The notes under the pieces: generated by a model
Told to the model about the DNA's origin: nothing
Seen by the model: the letters and a program-made list of their open reading frames with translations, nothing else
The model's database searches: none
From: Nitrospinaceae bacterium
GTDB taxonomy: Bacteria > Nitrospinota > Nitrospinia > Nitrospinales > Nitrospinaceae
DNA length: 64,000 bases
Direction of reading: 5' to 3'
Assembly: GCA_965223665.1 (NCBI GenBank)
Contig: OZ245011.1
Coordinates: 2,176,001-2,240,000, forward strand
Program-made: the position numbers and the translations under genes
In this document: positions 38,544 through 50,716 of the stretch, in pieces
Layout: each line of letters starts with the position of its first letter
Numbering within the stretch: the stretch's first letter is position 1

Positions 38544-39494
38544 GTGTCTCCCAAAACTATCCACAAACTAATTTCCGTTTTTTTAATCCTCGTTTTTGCT
38601 CCATGGATCTTAATCTTTTTTTTACCCAATATAAAAGTGGACTATCCTAAACCTTCTATTAAATTAGGGGGAGAGATCATCTGTGCTTGGGGAGGAATTG
38701 ATATTATTGGTTTTGATCTAAATAATTATCAGAGAGAGGATTTAAGATATTTCACAAATTATGATTCTACTCATTTCGTCCAGGATATTACCATTGGCCC
38801 TGAAAACAGTTTTTTGTTTTCCGATTTGGACGAGTGCTATTTAAGACAGGTAGATTTAAGCAATAAAGAAAAGATCCACCATGTTGGCAAAGCCTGTCAC
38901 CCGACTTATTTAAAAGATGTCGACAAACTTTTCTATTACTTACATGACAGGAAACGAGGTTGGGAGCTTTGGGTTTCTGACGGTTTGCCCATTCGAAAGA
39001 CAAAACAAATTCCTCTGGATATATCGAATCAAATTGGTCCTTATCAGGGGTATGGTGCCATAATTTCTGAGGTGGTCAGGATTTCGGCAGAGGAAATTGT
39101 ATACACTGGAAAAAATAGCCAATTAATTTCATATAATTTTATTAATGGTGAAATTAAGTTCTTTAAGATCAACGATTGCATTCCCGAGGCATGGAGAACA
39201 AAACAAAATAAGCTCGTGTGTAAAGATTTAAACCGGAGAAAAATTTCTTACTTTCAAATAGACCTTAAAACCCTGGTGAAGGAAAACCTACCGGCCCTTG
39301 AAGAATCATCAGGGCTTATTTACCTTCCACATGTGGATGGGTTTATTTTCGAAAGCCATCCGATCGAATTTTTGGAGTACATTCAAGTAATGCCTCACTG
39401 GGTGCTTTATCTTCACCGACCGGACCAACCTGTTTTACGAATCGGCTACGGATCTTTGCGCAGGGGAATTTGGGTTTCGCATGGGGTCCTCTGA
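38544..39494 (+). CDS. Hypothetical membrane-anchored protein, possibly a beta-propeller
   Basis: 316-aa ORF with an N-terminal TM and beta-rich sequence. Confidence 0.6.
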   Translation: MSPKTIHKLISVFLILVFAPWILIFFLPNIKVDYPKPSIKLGGEIICAWGGIDIIGFDLNNYQREDLRYFTNYDSTHFVQDITIGPENSFLFSDLDECYLRQVDLSNKEKIHHVGKACHPTYLKDVDKLFYYLHDRKRGWELWVSDGLPIRKTKQIPLDISNQIGPYQGYGAIISEVVRISAEEIVYTGKNSQLISYNFINGEIKFFKINDCIPEAWRTKQNKLVCKDLNRRKISYFQIDLKTLVKENLPALEESSGLIYLPHVDGFIFESHPIEFLEYIQVMPHWVLYLHRPDQPVLRIGYGSLRRGIWVSHGVL

Positions 39495-39719
39495 AAAAAA
39501 TTTTTTCTGCCGCACCTTTCACTTTGGATTCAGTACCGATTGGTCCACAACTCTGATTAATAACGACTTAATCGAAATTTCCCTCTAAATGCCACAATTT
39601 CAATGTTTTAAAGCAAACCGAAACTGTCACAATCCCTAAAAAACCTCTTGAATTCAATATATTTTTAATATATTCCTTCCTATATCACTAGACAATTGAG
39701 GGGAGATGGGGGCAACAGT

Positions 39720-40649
39720 ATGAGTACATTTTTTACCTTTGGGGGGAATTCGCTTGGCGGACGATTCCACCTGGGGCTTAGGGGAGAAAACCGCATGTCG
39801 GTCGCGTGGGCAGTTCACGATGGAGACACCGTTCACGTTCAACCGGAAGCCAATTTAAGCATCCGCTTTTTGGCGATCGATACTCCCGAAGTATCTTTTC
39901 AGTTTCCCGGCACCAGCAGTTTTGTCAAAATCTCTGATGAACGCTGGGCCACCTATTTGTCCGATCTGCCTCCCACGATTAACATTTCACCGGAACTCCG
40001 AGAATATTTGGCATCAAAACTAGGTCCCGATTGCGCACAGAATCATGCCACTCATGCCGAGGCGGCGCATCGTGCACTTGAACGAATCATGACCGAAGAC
40101 CTGGAGGCGCTGAACCATACGATAGAATCTTTCAAATTTTTTCTGGCGTTCGCTTACGAAGCGCTCGATACTTACGGTCGCCTTCTCGCTTACGTGCACC
40201 CGAACCAACCCAACACGGCCGCAGAAGACCGTCTGGATTCATATAATTTTCGAATGCTGGAACAGGGGCTGGCGGTTCCCTATTTTATTTTTCCGAACAT
40301 TGATCCGTTTCGGTCCCCGGGGACACTGGTCAATTCCGTGGAAGGATTACACAACCCGGGGGATATATTAACCCGCGCTCCTAAACTGAGAGAGGCCCGC
40401 GAAGCCGTGCAACGCGCACGCGCCGCTTCCGCCGGGGTGTTTAACGCAGAGAATCCCCTGCGGCTTTCCCCCTTTGAACTCCGGATGCTCGCGCGGGCAC
40501 AACTTCCCAACCGGTTTCTCATCAACCTGGGAAATCCCGAAGACAACATCCTTCATCCTCCGGGTGAGTACTTCCGCTTCGTGGAAGAAAACCGACTGTG
40601 GATTCCCGAAGAGTTCGTTCCCCTCTTTCAAGGCCACGGGTGGAATTGA
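39720..40649 (+). CDS. Thermonuclease (SNase-like) family protein
   Basis: VHDGDT, IRFLAIDTPE, DTYGRLLAYV, N..MLEQGLA motifs. Confidence 0.88.
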   Translation: MSTFFTFGGNSLGGRFHLGLRGENRMSVAWAVHDGDTVHVQPEANLSIRFLAIDTPEVSFQFPGTSSFVKISDERWATYLSDLPPTINISPELREYLASKLGPDCAQNHATHAEAAHRALERIMTEDLEALNHTIESFKFFLAFAYEALDTYGRLLAYVHPNQPNTAAEDRLDSYNFRMLEQGLAVPYFIFPNIDPFRSPGTLVNSVEGLHNPGDILTRAPKLREAREAVQRARAASAGVFNAENPLRLSPFELRMLARAQLPNRFLINLGNPEDNILHPPGEYFRFVEENRLWIPEEFVPLFQGHGWN

Positions 40650-41350
40650 CCTCTAACTAGCCGTTAGAGGCAGCGGGCCAGCGCCCGCGGGCAACTTTAA
40701 TTCTCGATGACTGGCTAGCCGCCAGAGGCAACTTTATTCTTCGAAGAGTGAGTGTGTATACAGAATCCTCAGAACCCTTTCTAAAGTAAAGTTGCCCTTT
40801 AGAAAAAACTATTGAGAGAGAACGATGTACTCCCTCTTTTCCCAACCTGGCGATTGGATGCAGCAGGAATATTCATAAAGTTTCTGACCATCCCGTTGGC
40901 AGGCAAACCCATCGAAGATAAATTCTGGCAGCGAGGCCTACCCCGCGGCTTTTTTCGGGTCCAATCTATTATTTTTTTCAAGCACTTCGGAATTACGATG
41001 TTTTGGCTCAAAATTCATAATTCCCTGTTTTTGTTAATTTTAAGCTCATAGATTCCCTATATGCCAAAAAAACTTAGGAGGAATTTAAATTTATCTAACA
41101 GTTTTTAGGTGAATTCCCTATTTTCTTCAGGTAGACTGAATCCAATCCAATTAGGGTACTGGAGGGAACCCGGGTTGGTGGCGATCTTTTTTTTCGTAAA
41201 GGCTTGTTTTACGCCTAATGAGAACACAGGCCAAACACCGTTTTCATCTCCCTCTAGTGCTGCCCAGGCACGACCCTTTTTAGTCTGGCTCGATAAAAAT
41301 TTTGTTGAGGATAATCAGGGCGGATTACCTCATACCACAAAGAGACTACT

Positions 41351-42357
41351 ATGGCTGGTACTTTTATTATTTCATTTGATTGCGAGGGGAAGTGGGGAAT
41401 CTCCGATTGTCTCAAATCAAAACACAAAGACATCCTTACCAACTCCAAACTGTTTACGGCTTATAAAACATTACGGAAATTTTAGAAGACAATGAGATTA
41501 GAGCGACCTTTGCGTTTGTAGGGGCTTACACTTTAACGATTGACGAATACCTGAGTCACCCGGAGTGGTTTTCCGACCTGGGAGAAAACAGGGATCGTTG
41601 GCTTTCGGCATTTAAGAACGCGGCCCAGCAAAATGATTTTGATGGTTGGTTGAACCCGAAAGTATTTAACTGGATTGCCAAAAGACAGGAACATGAAATT
41701 GCCTCGCATGGGTTCAGTCATCTTCCTCTCGGTGAATCGGAGGTAACACAAAGTGAGTTTTGCCAAGAGATGGAACTGATTGGACAGGTGGAAAAACTCA
41801 AAAAGATTGAATTCAAAACCTTCATTTACCCGCGCAATTTAGTAGGTTATGTCGATCAACTTCGCGATTATGGATTTATCGGGTACCGGGAAAACTTAAA
41901 AAGAAAATACGACAATCCTCTGCTGAAAAATATATGCACTCTTCTGGGAGAGTTCGATCTAAATCCCATCCCGCAAAGTCATCCGGAGAGTGAAGTCCCC
42001 ATCCAAATTCCTGCGGGATACTTTTTGAACTGGCGGTACCGGCTTCGAAAAACCATTCCTCTGGAAGTCACCTACAAACGATGGACCAATTTAATTTCGC
42101 GTGCCATTCGGCAAAACAAGGTGGTGCATCTCTGGACCCATCCCAACAATTTTATTGACGGCGAAAATATGTATTTTCTTTTGGATAAAATTCTTCAATT
42201 TGTCGGTCAGGCTCAAAAGCGCGGCGAGATTGATGTTCTCACTCAAAGTGAATATTCCACCCGAAGAATTCTATTGGAAAAACCACCCACTCGGGTGGAG
42301 TCTCCCCAATTGAGTATTAAAATGGAAAATCCTTCGACCTATCCGCTGAGTTCTTAA
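41351..42357 (+). pseudogene. Polysaccharide deacetylase family gene with a single frameshift
   Basis: ATG 41351 gives MAGTFIISFDCEGKWG...AYKTL then TAG at 41483. The -1 frame from ~41476 gives EILEDNEIRATFAFVG and runs open into HEIASHGFSH...YPRN...HLWTHP. Confidence 0.8.
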
Positions 42358-42360
42358 CGA

Positions 42361-43713
42361 TTAAAATGCCAGCTTGATCTCTTCGCGGGACTTCTCTTCC
42401 CATAACCGGATCTGGCCGGACGTTCTCTCGCAAAATATATTTTCTTTTCCCACGCGTTTATAAACAAAATCCAAAATCGGTTCCTGGACTGATAAAGGAA
42501 GGTCCGCAATGAGTTTGTATTGAAAAGGTTTCACCTGGCCATAGTCACCCATGTAACCACGGGTGTTGGGAACAGGTGAGCCGGAGGCTTTACGACTCTT
42601 CCTTTTGGCAAAACTTCCCAGCGCCTGTTTGATTTTATGGTTGAATCCCTTTTTGCGACCCCACACTTTCGCACGCAAATAAGTGGAATCCCATTTCATG
42701 ACACATCGGTTTTTGAAAGACGGGTTGGGTATAAACAAATAACGTGAGCTCTCTTTCTTGCCCTGCGCCCAGGCCTTTTTGTCAATAGTCTCTCCTTTAG
42801 AAAAATCATAAATTTGAATTCCCATTTCCCGACACGGGTCAAACGAAAGGCTCCGGTTCAATTGCCCTAACCGAAACGGCGCAAACGCAGGATGAAACGC
42901 AATGATGTATTCGAAAAAGGTGGTCCCAATTCGAAATCCCAAAGTGAACATTAAATGCTCTCCGTCCAGGCTGGAGATGAAACCAAGAATATGGGATTGC
43001 TTCGCATGTTGAATCAAATCGGTGAGGAACTGTTTATTTTCCTCTTCACACCAGGCATTGCCCGTTCCCAAATGACGTTGTTCATGCAAGGCAAAGAGAT
43101 CCTTGATCAACCGCAAGGCTTCTTCCCGGTCTTCATCAAAATCGACAATCGTAAATTCAAACCGGCCCATTTTTTTTAATTTTTTGTGGTTGCCTCGAAG
43201 CCGCGACAAAAAACGTTTTTGCGAGGAAGAACGTTTTTGTTTTTGTTCCACGGTCAAATCTCTATAGGGATAGAAATAGAGCGGAATTTTTTCAAAATGA
43301 GGAAACAACGACGAGTCTGCAAAAACTTTGCTTAATGGATTCGACTCGGAAATATCGTTGAACGAAAAGATGGCATCGGGGAATTCCTTGAGAACTTCAT
43401 CCACCACTGCCTGAAGCATCGGGCCATCCACCGGACCCACAAATCCTAAATAATCGGACAATCCGTCACCCAGAAGTTGGACCTGCGGAACTCCTCCCAC
43501 CCGGGGCTGAATGGTTAAAGGTGCCAGAGTGGTGATCTTTTGGTCTTGATAAACTCCGACCAGAAAAAGCTGCTTGCCCGAAGACTTACCAAAATGGTTC
43601 CAATATTTCCAAAGCCAGTCAAAGGTCGAGAACGGAACACGATTGTGATTTTCCAAAAAAGGTCGTCCCTCCCCTTCGCAACTCTCGAAAGATTTCCAAA
43701 CTCGAATTTCCAA
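42361..43713 (-). CDS. GNAT family N-acetyltransferase (CelD/BcsL-like)
   Basis: PFSTFDWL..W, LGDGLSDYLGFV, LFALHEQR, YDFSKG...K..W. Confidence 0.8.
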   Translation of the reverse strand: MEIRVWKSFESCEGEGRPFLENHNRVPFSTFDWLWKYWNHFGKSSGKQLFLVGVYQDQKITTLAPLTIQPRVGGVPQVQLLGDGLSDYLGFVGPVDGPMLQAVVDEVLKEFPDAIFSFNDISESNPLSKVFADSSLFPHFEKIPLYFYPYRDLTVEQKQKRSSSQKRFLSRLRGNHKKLKKMGRFEFTIVDFDEDREEALRLIKDLFALHEQRHLGTGNAWCEEENKQFLTDLIQHAKQSHILGFISSLDGEHLMFTLGFRIGTTFFEYIIAFHPAFAPFRLGQLNRSLSFDPCREMGIQIYDFSKGETIDKKAWAQGKKESSRYLFIPNPSFKNRCVMKWDSTYLRAKVWGRKKGFNHKIKQALGSFAKRKSRKASGSPVPNTRGYMGDYGQVKPFQYKLIADLPLSVQEPILDFVYKRVGKENIFCERTSGQIRLWEEKSREEIKLAF

Positions 43714-44212
43714 TCTCTTTCCTTATATATAGAACGTTTAATTCCCAGGAGTTTTTCCATCCACCCCTGGCAAAAAGTCCGATATTTGAACTGGATTTTC
43801 TATAATGAAAAGGGTACCCTTTATGGACTATATCTCAATTGACCTCATTTCGTCCAATGAATAAACGACCTCAAATTGAATTTTTCTCCTCCGCAGGAAA
43901 TCTCAATTCAAAAGGAGATCATTTGAGGATATTGAATTTTGATTTATTTCAATTTTTTAAAATTTTTTTCTTTGAAAATCCAGAAGGTTGCAACTACTCT
44001 TAAGGTAATGAATTGGCTCCCATTTAACCTGTTTTGCCAGTATCGGATAAGTTATATTGCTGATAAATTTGTTTTTACGCCTTAGGAAATACTTCGAACG
44101 GTTTTGAAATTCGCTCCAAATTAAACTGACTATGTATTGATTCCCGGCTGTCCGGGCTTAACATTTTTCACTTCAATCTCTTTAAACATCTCGGTGTTTT
44201 AAATTAAAAACA

Positions 44213-46195
44213 ATGAGTTTTCACAGTTGGTCACTGAAGACTTTTCTTGTCGTCAGTGTATTTTTTATATTTTCAACAAAAAGTTTTGCAGAGCCCCATC
44301 CTCCTGTCACTGCTGACGAGGATGAAGAACTCGAACATCTGTTGAGTTTGGATCTGGAAAACCTCAAAGTCTTTGCGGCTTCCAAACGTGAAGAAAAACT
44401 GACTCAGGCTCCGGGAATTATCACGGTGATCACTCAAGATCAAATTCGCAAATTCGGTGCGCTGAGTTTGCGCGATATCTTGAATCGTCAAACCAGTATT
44501 CAGATTACGGGAAATCATTTTCAACAAAGAGCGCGCACCAGTTTACGCGGTGTCGGCAATGAACACCATGATCGCAAAGTCTTGTTGCTCCTCAATGGCC
44601 GACCCATGCGCGAAGCAGGTACCACCGGCATCAATATAGATATCTACGCAGGATTCCCTGTCAATGCAATTGAGCGCATCGAAATCATTCGTGGACCAGG
44701 CTCTGTTTTATATGGAACCAACGCGGTATCCGGCGTCATCAATATTGTTACGAAATCTCCAGACGAAGAATCCGAGTTCTCCGGTGCTGTCACCTACGGC
44801 TCGTATCACCGCCGACAATTGACTCTGAACGGGGGCGGAAAAATAGGGGAGTTGGAAATGTACGGCAGCGCCAATCTATTAAACAGCGGCAACGTCAAAG
44901 TCAAAGGAATTCGTGATCAAACCTTGACCACCGGGGACTGGCCCATGGGGGAAGAAACGTTTCAAGGAGTCCTCACCGCCAAATGGAAAAACTTAAAACT
45001 GAATGCTTATGCCAATCGACATGTCTTCTCCAGCCTTCCTCTTGCCGCAGTCACCTTTCCTCCGCAGGATAATATTACGGAACGCTACTTTTTTGATGTT
45101 GGCTACACCCACTTTTTTAACAGCAAGTGGCAAGCGTCGATCAACACCCTCTACCACCAACATAAAATCGAACGCTACTTATTGTTTAACACGGTTCCTT
45201 ACAACCAGGTGGCTCGCAACCTATTAACTGAACTGAGTGTCCGCGGCCAAATAATGAAAAACCTGGACGTACTGTTCGGTGGATTTTATGACCACCAAAA
45301 CGGGGACCTGGAAATCGAACCGGGGGCACTAACCGACTTTTGGGACATCACCAATCATAATTTGTATGGTCAATTGGAATACCAGGTGGCCGAATGGGTT
45401 CGCTTCATCGGCGGACTCCAGTGGAACCAGCGCAAAGATGGGCCCAGTCGGATTTCTCCACGGGCGGACTTGATCTTTTTCATCGATAAATTCTGGCACG
45501 CCAAGTTGTCTTATGGCGAAGCGTTTCGGTCGCCGGTGGCGGAAGAATTTCAAAGAGTCGTCCCTCCTCTGGGCAATCCAAATCTCTCGCCCGAAACGAT
45601 TAAAACTCTCGCCGCGCAAATTTCATTCAATCACGTAAAAGGGAACGTTGCGCTAACTTTTTATTACAGTTGGCAAAAAAATATTATCGGAGGAACTGCC
45701 GTTTACAACAACAGTGGCAACATTCGTTACCATGGTGTGGAACTGGAGGGCAAATACCTGGTGACACCTCGGCTTACTCTCATCGGCAACGCCACTTATC
45801 AGAACAACCGCGATCAAACCGGGAATTATCAGACCACCCTCGCTCCTTCATGGATGGTGAAAACTGGAGCGACGTATTCCTTTCCCATCGGAATCATCCT
45901 CAGTGTATTCAACAATTACTTTGGCGCGCCTCCGCGAAACAATGAATTCGTCGCCGGAGTGATCAACGCCAATCCGCCACCGGATTCGTATTCGCTTCTC
46001 ACAGCTAATGTGATTTTCGAACTCGGTAAACTCACTCATCAATCCTGTCTGGATGGCGTGAGCTTGTCCATCTACGGAGACAACCTGCTCGACGAAGATG
46101 TCTTCTTCCCCAACATCAATCCGCAAACCTTCAATAGCATTCCCTTTCACCAGGGCCGAGGCGTCTTCGCCACTCTCCGCTTCGAAACCAACTAG
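44213..46195 (+). CDS. TonB-dependent receptor
   Basis: Signal peptide; plug IERIEIIRGPGSVLYGTNAVSGVINIVTK; GNPNLSPE; NLLD near the C-terminus. Confidence 0.93.
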   Translation: MSFHSWSLKTFLVVSVFFIFSTKSFAEPHPPVTADEDEELEHLLSLDLENLKVFAASKREEKLTQAPGIITVITQDQIRKFGALSLRDILNRQTSIQITGNHFQQRARTSLRGVGNEHHDRKVLLLLNGRPMREAGTTGINIDIYAGFPVNAIERIEIIRGPGSVLYGTNAVSGVINIVTKSPDEESEFSGAVTYGSYHRRQLTLNGGGKIGELEMYGSANLLNSGNVKVKGIRDQTLTTGDWPMGEETFQGVLTAKWKNLKLNAYANRHVFSSLPLAAVTFPPQDNITERYFFDVGYTHFFNSKWQASINTLYHQHKIERYLLFNTVPYNQVARNLLTELSVRGQIMKNLDVLFGGFYDHQNGDLEIEPGALTDFWDITNHNLYGQLEYQVAEWVRFIGGLQWNQRKDGPSRISPRADLIFFIDKFWHAKLSYGEAFRSPVAEEFQRVVPPLGNPNLSPETIKTLAAQISFNHVKGNVALTFYYSWQKNIIGGTAVYNNSGNIRYHGVELEGKYLVTPRLTLIGNATYQNNRDQTGNYQTTLAPSWMVKTGATYSFPIGIILSVFNNYFGAPPRNNEFVAGVINANPPPDSYSLLTANVIFELGKLTHQSCLDGVSLSIYGDNLLDEDVFFPNINPQTFNSIPFHQGRGVFATLRFETN

Positions 46196-47081
46196 CAGGC
46201 TAGCGCCTGCAGGCAGCATTTCATCTTCGATGTGTTTTCTTACAAACCGTATTGTCAGAATCTTTTCGAATATTCCTTTTGCATCCAATTGCAAATTGGC
46301 GGGGAAGGCCCCGCAACCAGAATTTCATCTACGATGTGATTCCCTGCAAACTGAATCGTCAGAATCTTTGCGATAATTCTATTTCACTCAATCCTAAAAA
46401 CTAAACTCCGCTAAAGGGGGGCATTTATTTTCGATGGCAGCGGGCCAGCGCCCGCGAGCAACTTTAATCCTCGATAGGTTTGCATGAATTTTTAATCCTC
46501 AGACCTTCTCATAAATTTTACATACCTTTAGAACCAAACTAGAAAATGGGAGTCGATGATCGCCCTCTTTCCTAAAGAGGGCTGGGGTGATTGACCACTT
46601 GGGTTTTTACTTGTTTCTATATATAGACTTTCTTTAGAAAATTTTGCTGAAGGAAAGATCCATGCGTCCCCCTCTTTTCCAATCTAACGATTGGAGGCAG
46701 CAGAGATTTTCGTATAGTTTCTGGAGATACCTTAATGGCAAACATTTCTGAGAATGAATTTTACTTGCAGGCGTTGCCTGCGGGCTGGGGTGATTCACCT
46801 TCAGGAAGCACTCGCTGTGACAAAGTTGAATATCTTCATTCGATTTTGCTCTAAACGAATAGATTTGCTTGCCGTATTTCTACTACATAAATTTCGTAAT
46901 TCGAACGATTTTATATTCTTTTAATTTAACTATACTTTGTGGGTAATTCTGAAAACATTAAGGATCCTTTTAAGGAAGACTTAATTTCAACCCAGACAGA
47001 AATATGAAAACTTTTTCCTGCTCAGGATTCAATAATTTTCATTTAAATGTAACTGATAAATTTTTATTAAAAGGAAACGTC

Positions 47082-47594
47082 ATGAACAAAACATTAAAAG
47101 TCAATGCAGCATTATTTGTGGCAATAGCCATGTTTTTATTTTTCGTGAGTGGGCTGAATGCTTTTGAGTCCTCGGATCAGCCAAAAACAATGGAAGAAGT
47201 AAAAAGGGAATTTGGTCCCGTATTAAAACTCAAGGGAGTGGCAAAGAAAGAAATCAACGCAATAGCAAAATTAATTTCTCCGGGTTCGAAGCTGGTTGCA
47301 ATCGATGCCACCAGTGCCAGTGGTGAATATTGCATGCTGGAAACCGTCACCAAACATAACATGACTCATTTCTCAAGTAATCCTGAAAAAACTCATGAGG
47401 ATGTAGTGTACTACATTAACCCGGCTACATTTATTGCAAACGGTTTAGACGTAAGCAAACTTCCCAAACAACCGAAAGAACTCGGGAAAATGAAACCACT
47501 GCAGTGGTACTACTACGATGGAACCTACGTGGAACCACATCAGGGAACAAGAATGAATAAAGAGTATGTAATCATGGCGGTAGATGTCATTTAA
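47082..47594 (+). CDS. Hypothetical secreted protein
   Basis: AAGGA RBS; signal peptide ending GLNA. Confidence 0.75.
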   Translation: MNKTLKVNAALFVAIAMFLFFVSGLNAFESSDQPKTMEEVKREFGPVLKLKGVAKKEINAIAKLISPGSKLVAIDATSASGEYCMLETVTKHNMTHFSSNPEKTHEDVVYYINPATFIANGLDVSKLPKQPKELGKMKPLQWYYYDGTYVEPHQGTRMNKEYVIMAVDVI

Positions 47595-47602
47595 CTATTA
47601 TC

Positions 47603-47641
47603 GAAGACACCCCTGGTTTTCGAAACCACACGGTGTCTTCG
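47603..47641. terminator. Hairpin between convergent genes
   Basis: GAAGACACC...GGTGTCTTC outer stem with inner TGGTTT/AAACCA stem. Confidence 0.45.
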
Positions 47642-47788
47642 GTTGAATATCTTGAGGGAAGGGAAGTTGGGACTTTAGAGAAAATCACTAAGAAGGAGGA
47701 TGGACAGGGGGGATTTGCCCCAAAACTTCTCAACAAAATTCTCTAAAGCCCTTTTTAGATTTTATTCAAAACTAATATTTCAATCTAT

Positions 47789-50716
47789 TCATTTAGATTT
47801 CGTTTGGTTAACAATACTTTGCAATTCATTAGAAAGCTTGGATAACTCCATTGCCGCATTGAGAGAATCATTCGCTCCCTGAGTGGTGCTTTGTGCCGCG
47901 CTGGCCACTCCCGTAATGTTCTCATTGATTTCGGCGCTTCCCTGATTGGCATCGGATGCGCTTCTTCCAATTTCAGATGTGGTGGCCGTTTGTTCTTCCA
48001 CTGCACTGGCAATGGTTGAGGAAATATCATTAATCTGATTAATCACCTGAGTGATTTCCTGAATGGCCACCACCGACCCTTGCGTGTCTTCTTGAATCGC
48101 CCTTATTTTGTCACTTATTTCTTCCGTGGCTTTAGCCGTTTGATTCGCCAGTTCTTTCACCTCATTGGCCACCACTGCAAACCCTTTGCCGGCTTCACCG
48201 GCGCGAGCTGCTTCAATGGTTGCATTGAGCGCCAGCAGATTGGTTTGCTCTGCTATGGAGGTGATCACTTTTATGACCTGACCAATCTCATCTGAGCTTT
48301 CACCCAACCGGGAAATCGTTGAATTGGTTTTTTCAGCAAGTTGTACCGCCGTGCTGGTGATCTGTGCCGCTTCATTCGAGTTTTTGGCAATTTCTTTAAT
48401 GCTCGCACTCATTTCATCTGCCCCACTCGCCACGGCTTGAATATTTTTACCTACATTTTCACAAACAGAGGAGACGACATTTGCTTGAGCAGAAGTTTCT
48501 TCGGCATTCGTTGTCATTTGCTGACTGGTCGCCGTTAACTCCTCCGCCGATCCGGCTAAAGTTTGAGCCGTTTCGGCTACACGCGCCATCACTTCCTTTT
48601 CTCTTTCTTCCATGGCTTTTTTCTCGGTTACCACTTCCCAGGAAACCATGGGTCCCTCGTATTCGCCCTCATTATTGTAAACCGCCGAAATTGTCAGATC
48701 GAAAACTTCGGGACCGACCTGGACAACAGCCCTATGCGGCAGGTTGCTGGGGTCGGCAAGAATCTTACGTTGATATTCCGGATTTTTATGGAACACATCA
48801 ATCGGTTTCCCCACTAAATCGGACACGTCCACTGAAAAATATTTCTGCAGACTGGTTAAAAGTTTTTTCGTAGCTGGGTTTATATATTTAATGTTCAGAT
48901 CCTTGTCCGCCAACATTAAATTAATTGGAGCATTGTCCACCAAAGAAGAGACAGACTGAATTTTTTCCTGGTAAGCCAGTTTTTCAGTAACAATATCCCA
49001 GGTCAGCATGTTCCCTATATGCTTCCCGTGTTTATCATGAATATCCGCAACCAACAGGTCCAAAGATTCGGGACCTACTTTGATAATGGTTTGAATGGGG
49101 AAATTTCTCGCATCCGACAGCAGGCTGCGTTGATGCGATGGATTTTTATGAAATATATCAATGCTCTGACCCACAATATTTTTTGGATCTATTGGAAGAT
49201 GTTCTTTAATTTTGTCCAGAGTTTTTATCGATGCAGGATTCGCATACGTAATATTAAAATCCATATCCGCATATAATACGTTGGATCGGGAACTTTCAAT
49301 AATCGCCAAAGACCGATAGGCCTCCCGTTCGGAGTTCTTTTTTTCATCAACGAATTTAATAAATTTATTCAATTCTTTTTTGAAGTCCCCTTCCAGTCCC
49401 AGCCCTTGAGAAGATCGCGTTTCACCTACTAATACTTTCTGTGAATGGGTCAAATAACTTTTGAAAGTTGCCAGAAGCTTTTCAAATGAATTTTTCAGGC
49501 TTCCATATTCATCTTCGGTTTTTATTTTTAATTCCTCAATGGCATCGATTTCTCCAAGGGAAAGTTTTTCTAATTCCCTTTTCAGTGAAACAATGGGTTT
49601 CGTAATCAAACCGGAACTCCAGAGACCAAAAATTGAAATCACTCCGGCAAAGACGGCAATCAACATAAATAACTGCGACTGAATGGAATTGATCGATTCA
49701 TTAACAACAGAATCCGGCGCCCGCACCAATACCGACCAATCCATTCCGGGGAATCCCAGGGCTCCGTTGAGATGGGCATACCCGGCGGCCTGCTCAATTT
49801 TTTTGCGAGCATGAAACGCATATTCAAATCCGGTTTGTTTTTTTTGAGCCGAATTGATCGCAGCGGTTACTCCTTTTTCAGCTAAATTAAATTTCATCAA
49901 AACATCCAGGTCATGACTGATGGAAGAATCATTGCCCTTGCCTGCACTCGGATCATAATCGATGATAATATTTCCTTTTCCATCCAATAAGGTGAGCTCG
50001 GTTTGCCCCAATCCCTTTTCTTTTAAATCTCCAAAAGCATCTATAAAAATTTCTTCCACCAGGGAAAACTTGGCGTAATTGTGCCAAACCGCCATCACGT
50101 CACCATTGGCATCATATACAGGCGCCGCAAACCCCAGGGTCAGTCCTTCATCGTTCTTGTAAACCTTTTTCACGTCCTGATCTATATGAAGAGGAACCAC
50201 CACGGTGCCGGTAAAACTTCCGCCTCCTCCCACATTTCCTTTCTGGCTGGTATAGAACCGTTCACGAATGACATCTTTAAACCACTGAGTATTTTTATAA
50301 TTTTTCCCATAGAAATCCGCAGTGGAAATAGAATTTCCATCCTGATCTTTGCTGTTAACGGAAATCACATTACCCTGCAGATCGACAAGAAGCGTCAGGT
50401 AATAAATGTCATAAGTATCGACATATTTATTCATTGCCGTCTCAATGGGGGACCCGGGCTGATGCCAGTATTCTTTTTTCTGGAGGACGGTGTTTAGGCC
50501 AAACGCCTGGACATCGCCATATCTTTCGAACAGGTTTCTATCGATTTTATCAGCAATGTTTTTTGCCATCCCTTGAAAGGACTCTGCATTGAGATCTTTG
50601 ATTTCTCTAAAGGCTACTTTATTAAGAACAAATACAGAAATTAAGGGAATTAATCCGGCTACCAGCAATAGACAAACTTGTTTCCATTTAATACTAAGTC
50701 GACTCCAGAAAGTCAT
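47789..50716 (-). CDS. Methyl-accepting chemotaxis protein (Cache-HAMP-PAS-PAS-MA)
   Basis: Two TM segments, [12 protein letters not shown], two PAS domains with FHKNP, and [34 protein letters not shown]. Confidence 0.95.
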   Translation of the reverse strand: MTFWSRLSIKWKQVCLLLVAGLIPLISVFVLNKVAFREIKDLNAESFQGMAKNIADKIDRNLFERYGDVQAFGLNTVLQKKEYWHQPGSPIETAMNKYVDTYDIYYLTLLVDLQGNVISVNSKDQDGNSISTADFYGKNYKNTQWFKDVIRERFYTSQKGNVGGGGSFTGTVVVPLHIDQDVKKVYKNDEGLTLGFAAPVYDANGDVMAVWHNYAKFSLVEEIFIDAFGDLKEKGLGQTELTLLDGKGNIIIDYDPSAGKGNDSSISHDLDVLMKFNLAEKGVTAAINSAQKKQTGFEYAFHARKKIEQAAGYAHLNGALGFPGMDWSVLVRAPDSVVNESINSIQSQLFMLIAVFAGVISIFGLWSSGLITKPIVSLKRELEKLSLGEIDAIEELKIKTEDEYGSLKNSFEKLLATFKSYLTHSQKVLVGETRSSQGLGLEGDFKKELNKFIKFVDEKKNSEREAYRSLAIIESSRSNVLYADMDFNITYANPASIKTLDKIKEHLPIDPKNIVGQSIDIFHKNPSHQRSLLSDARNFPIQTIIKVGPESLDLLVADIHDKHGKHIGNMLTWDIVTEKLAYQEKIQSVSSLVDNAPINLMLADKDLNIKYINPATKKLLTSLQKYFSVDVSDLVGKPIDVFHKNPEYQRKILADPSNLPHRAVVQVGPEVFDLTISAVYNNEGEYEGPMVSWEVVTEKKAMEEREKEVMARVAETAQTLAGSAEELTATSQQMTTNAEETSAQANVVSSVCENVGKNIQAVASGADEMSASIKEIAKNSNEAAQITSTAVQLAEKTNSTISRLGESSDEIGQVIKVITSIAEQTNLLALNATIEAARAGEAGKGFAVVANEVKELANQTAKATEEISDKIRAIQEDTQGSVVAIQEITQVINQINDISSTIASAVEEQTATTSEIGRSASDANQGSAEINENITGVASAAQSTTQGANDSLNAAMELSKLSNELQSIVNQTKSK

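Noticed and set aside
31805-39494. Integron cassette array
   Set aside because: No recurring attC-like RYYYAAC...GTTRRRY palindromes or IntI were seen by eye, and several genes are only 1-20 bp apart.
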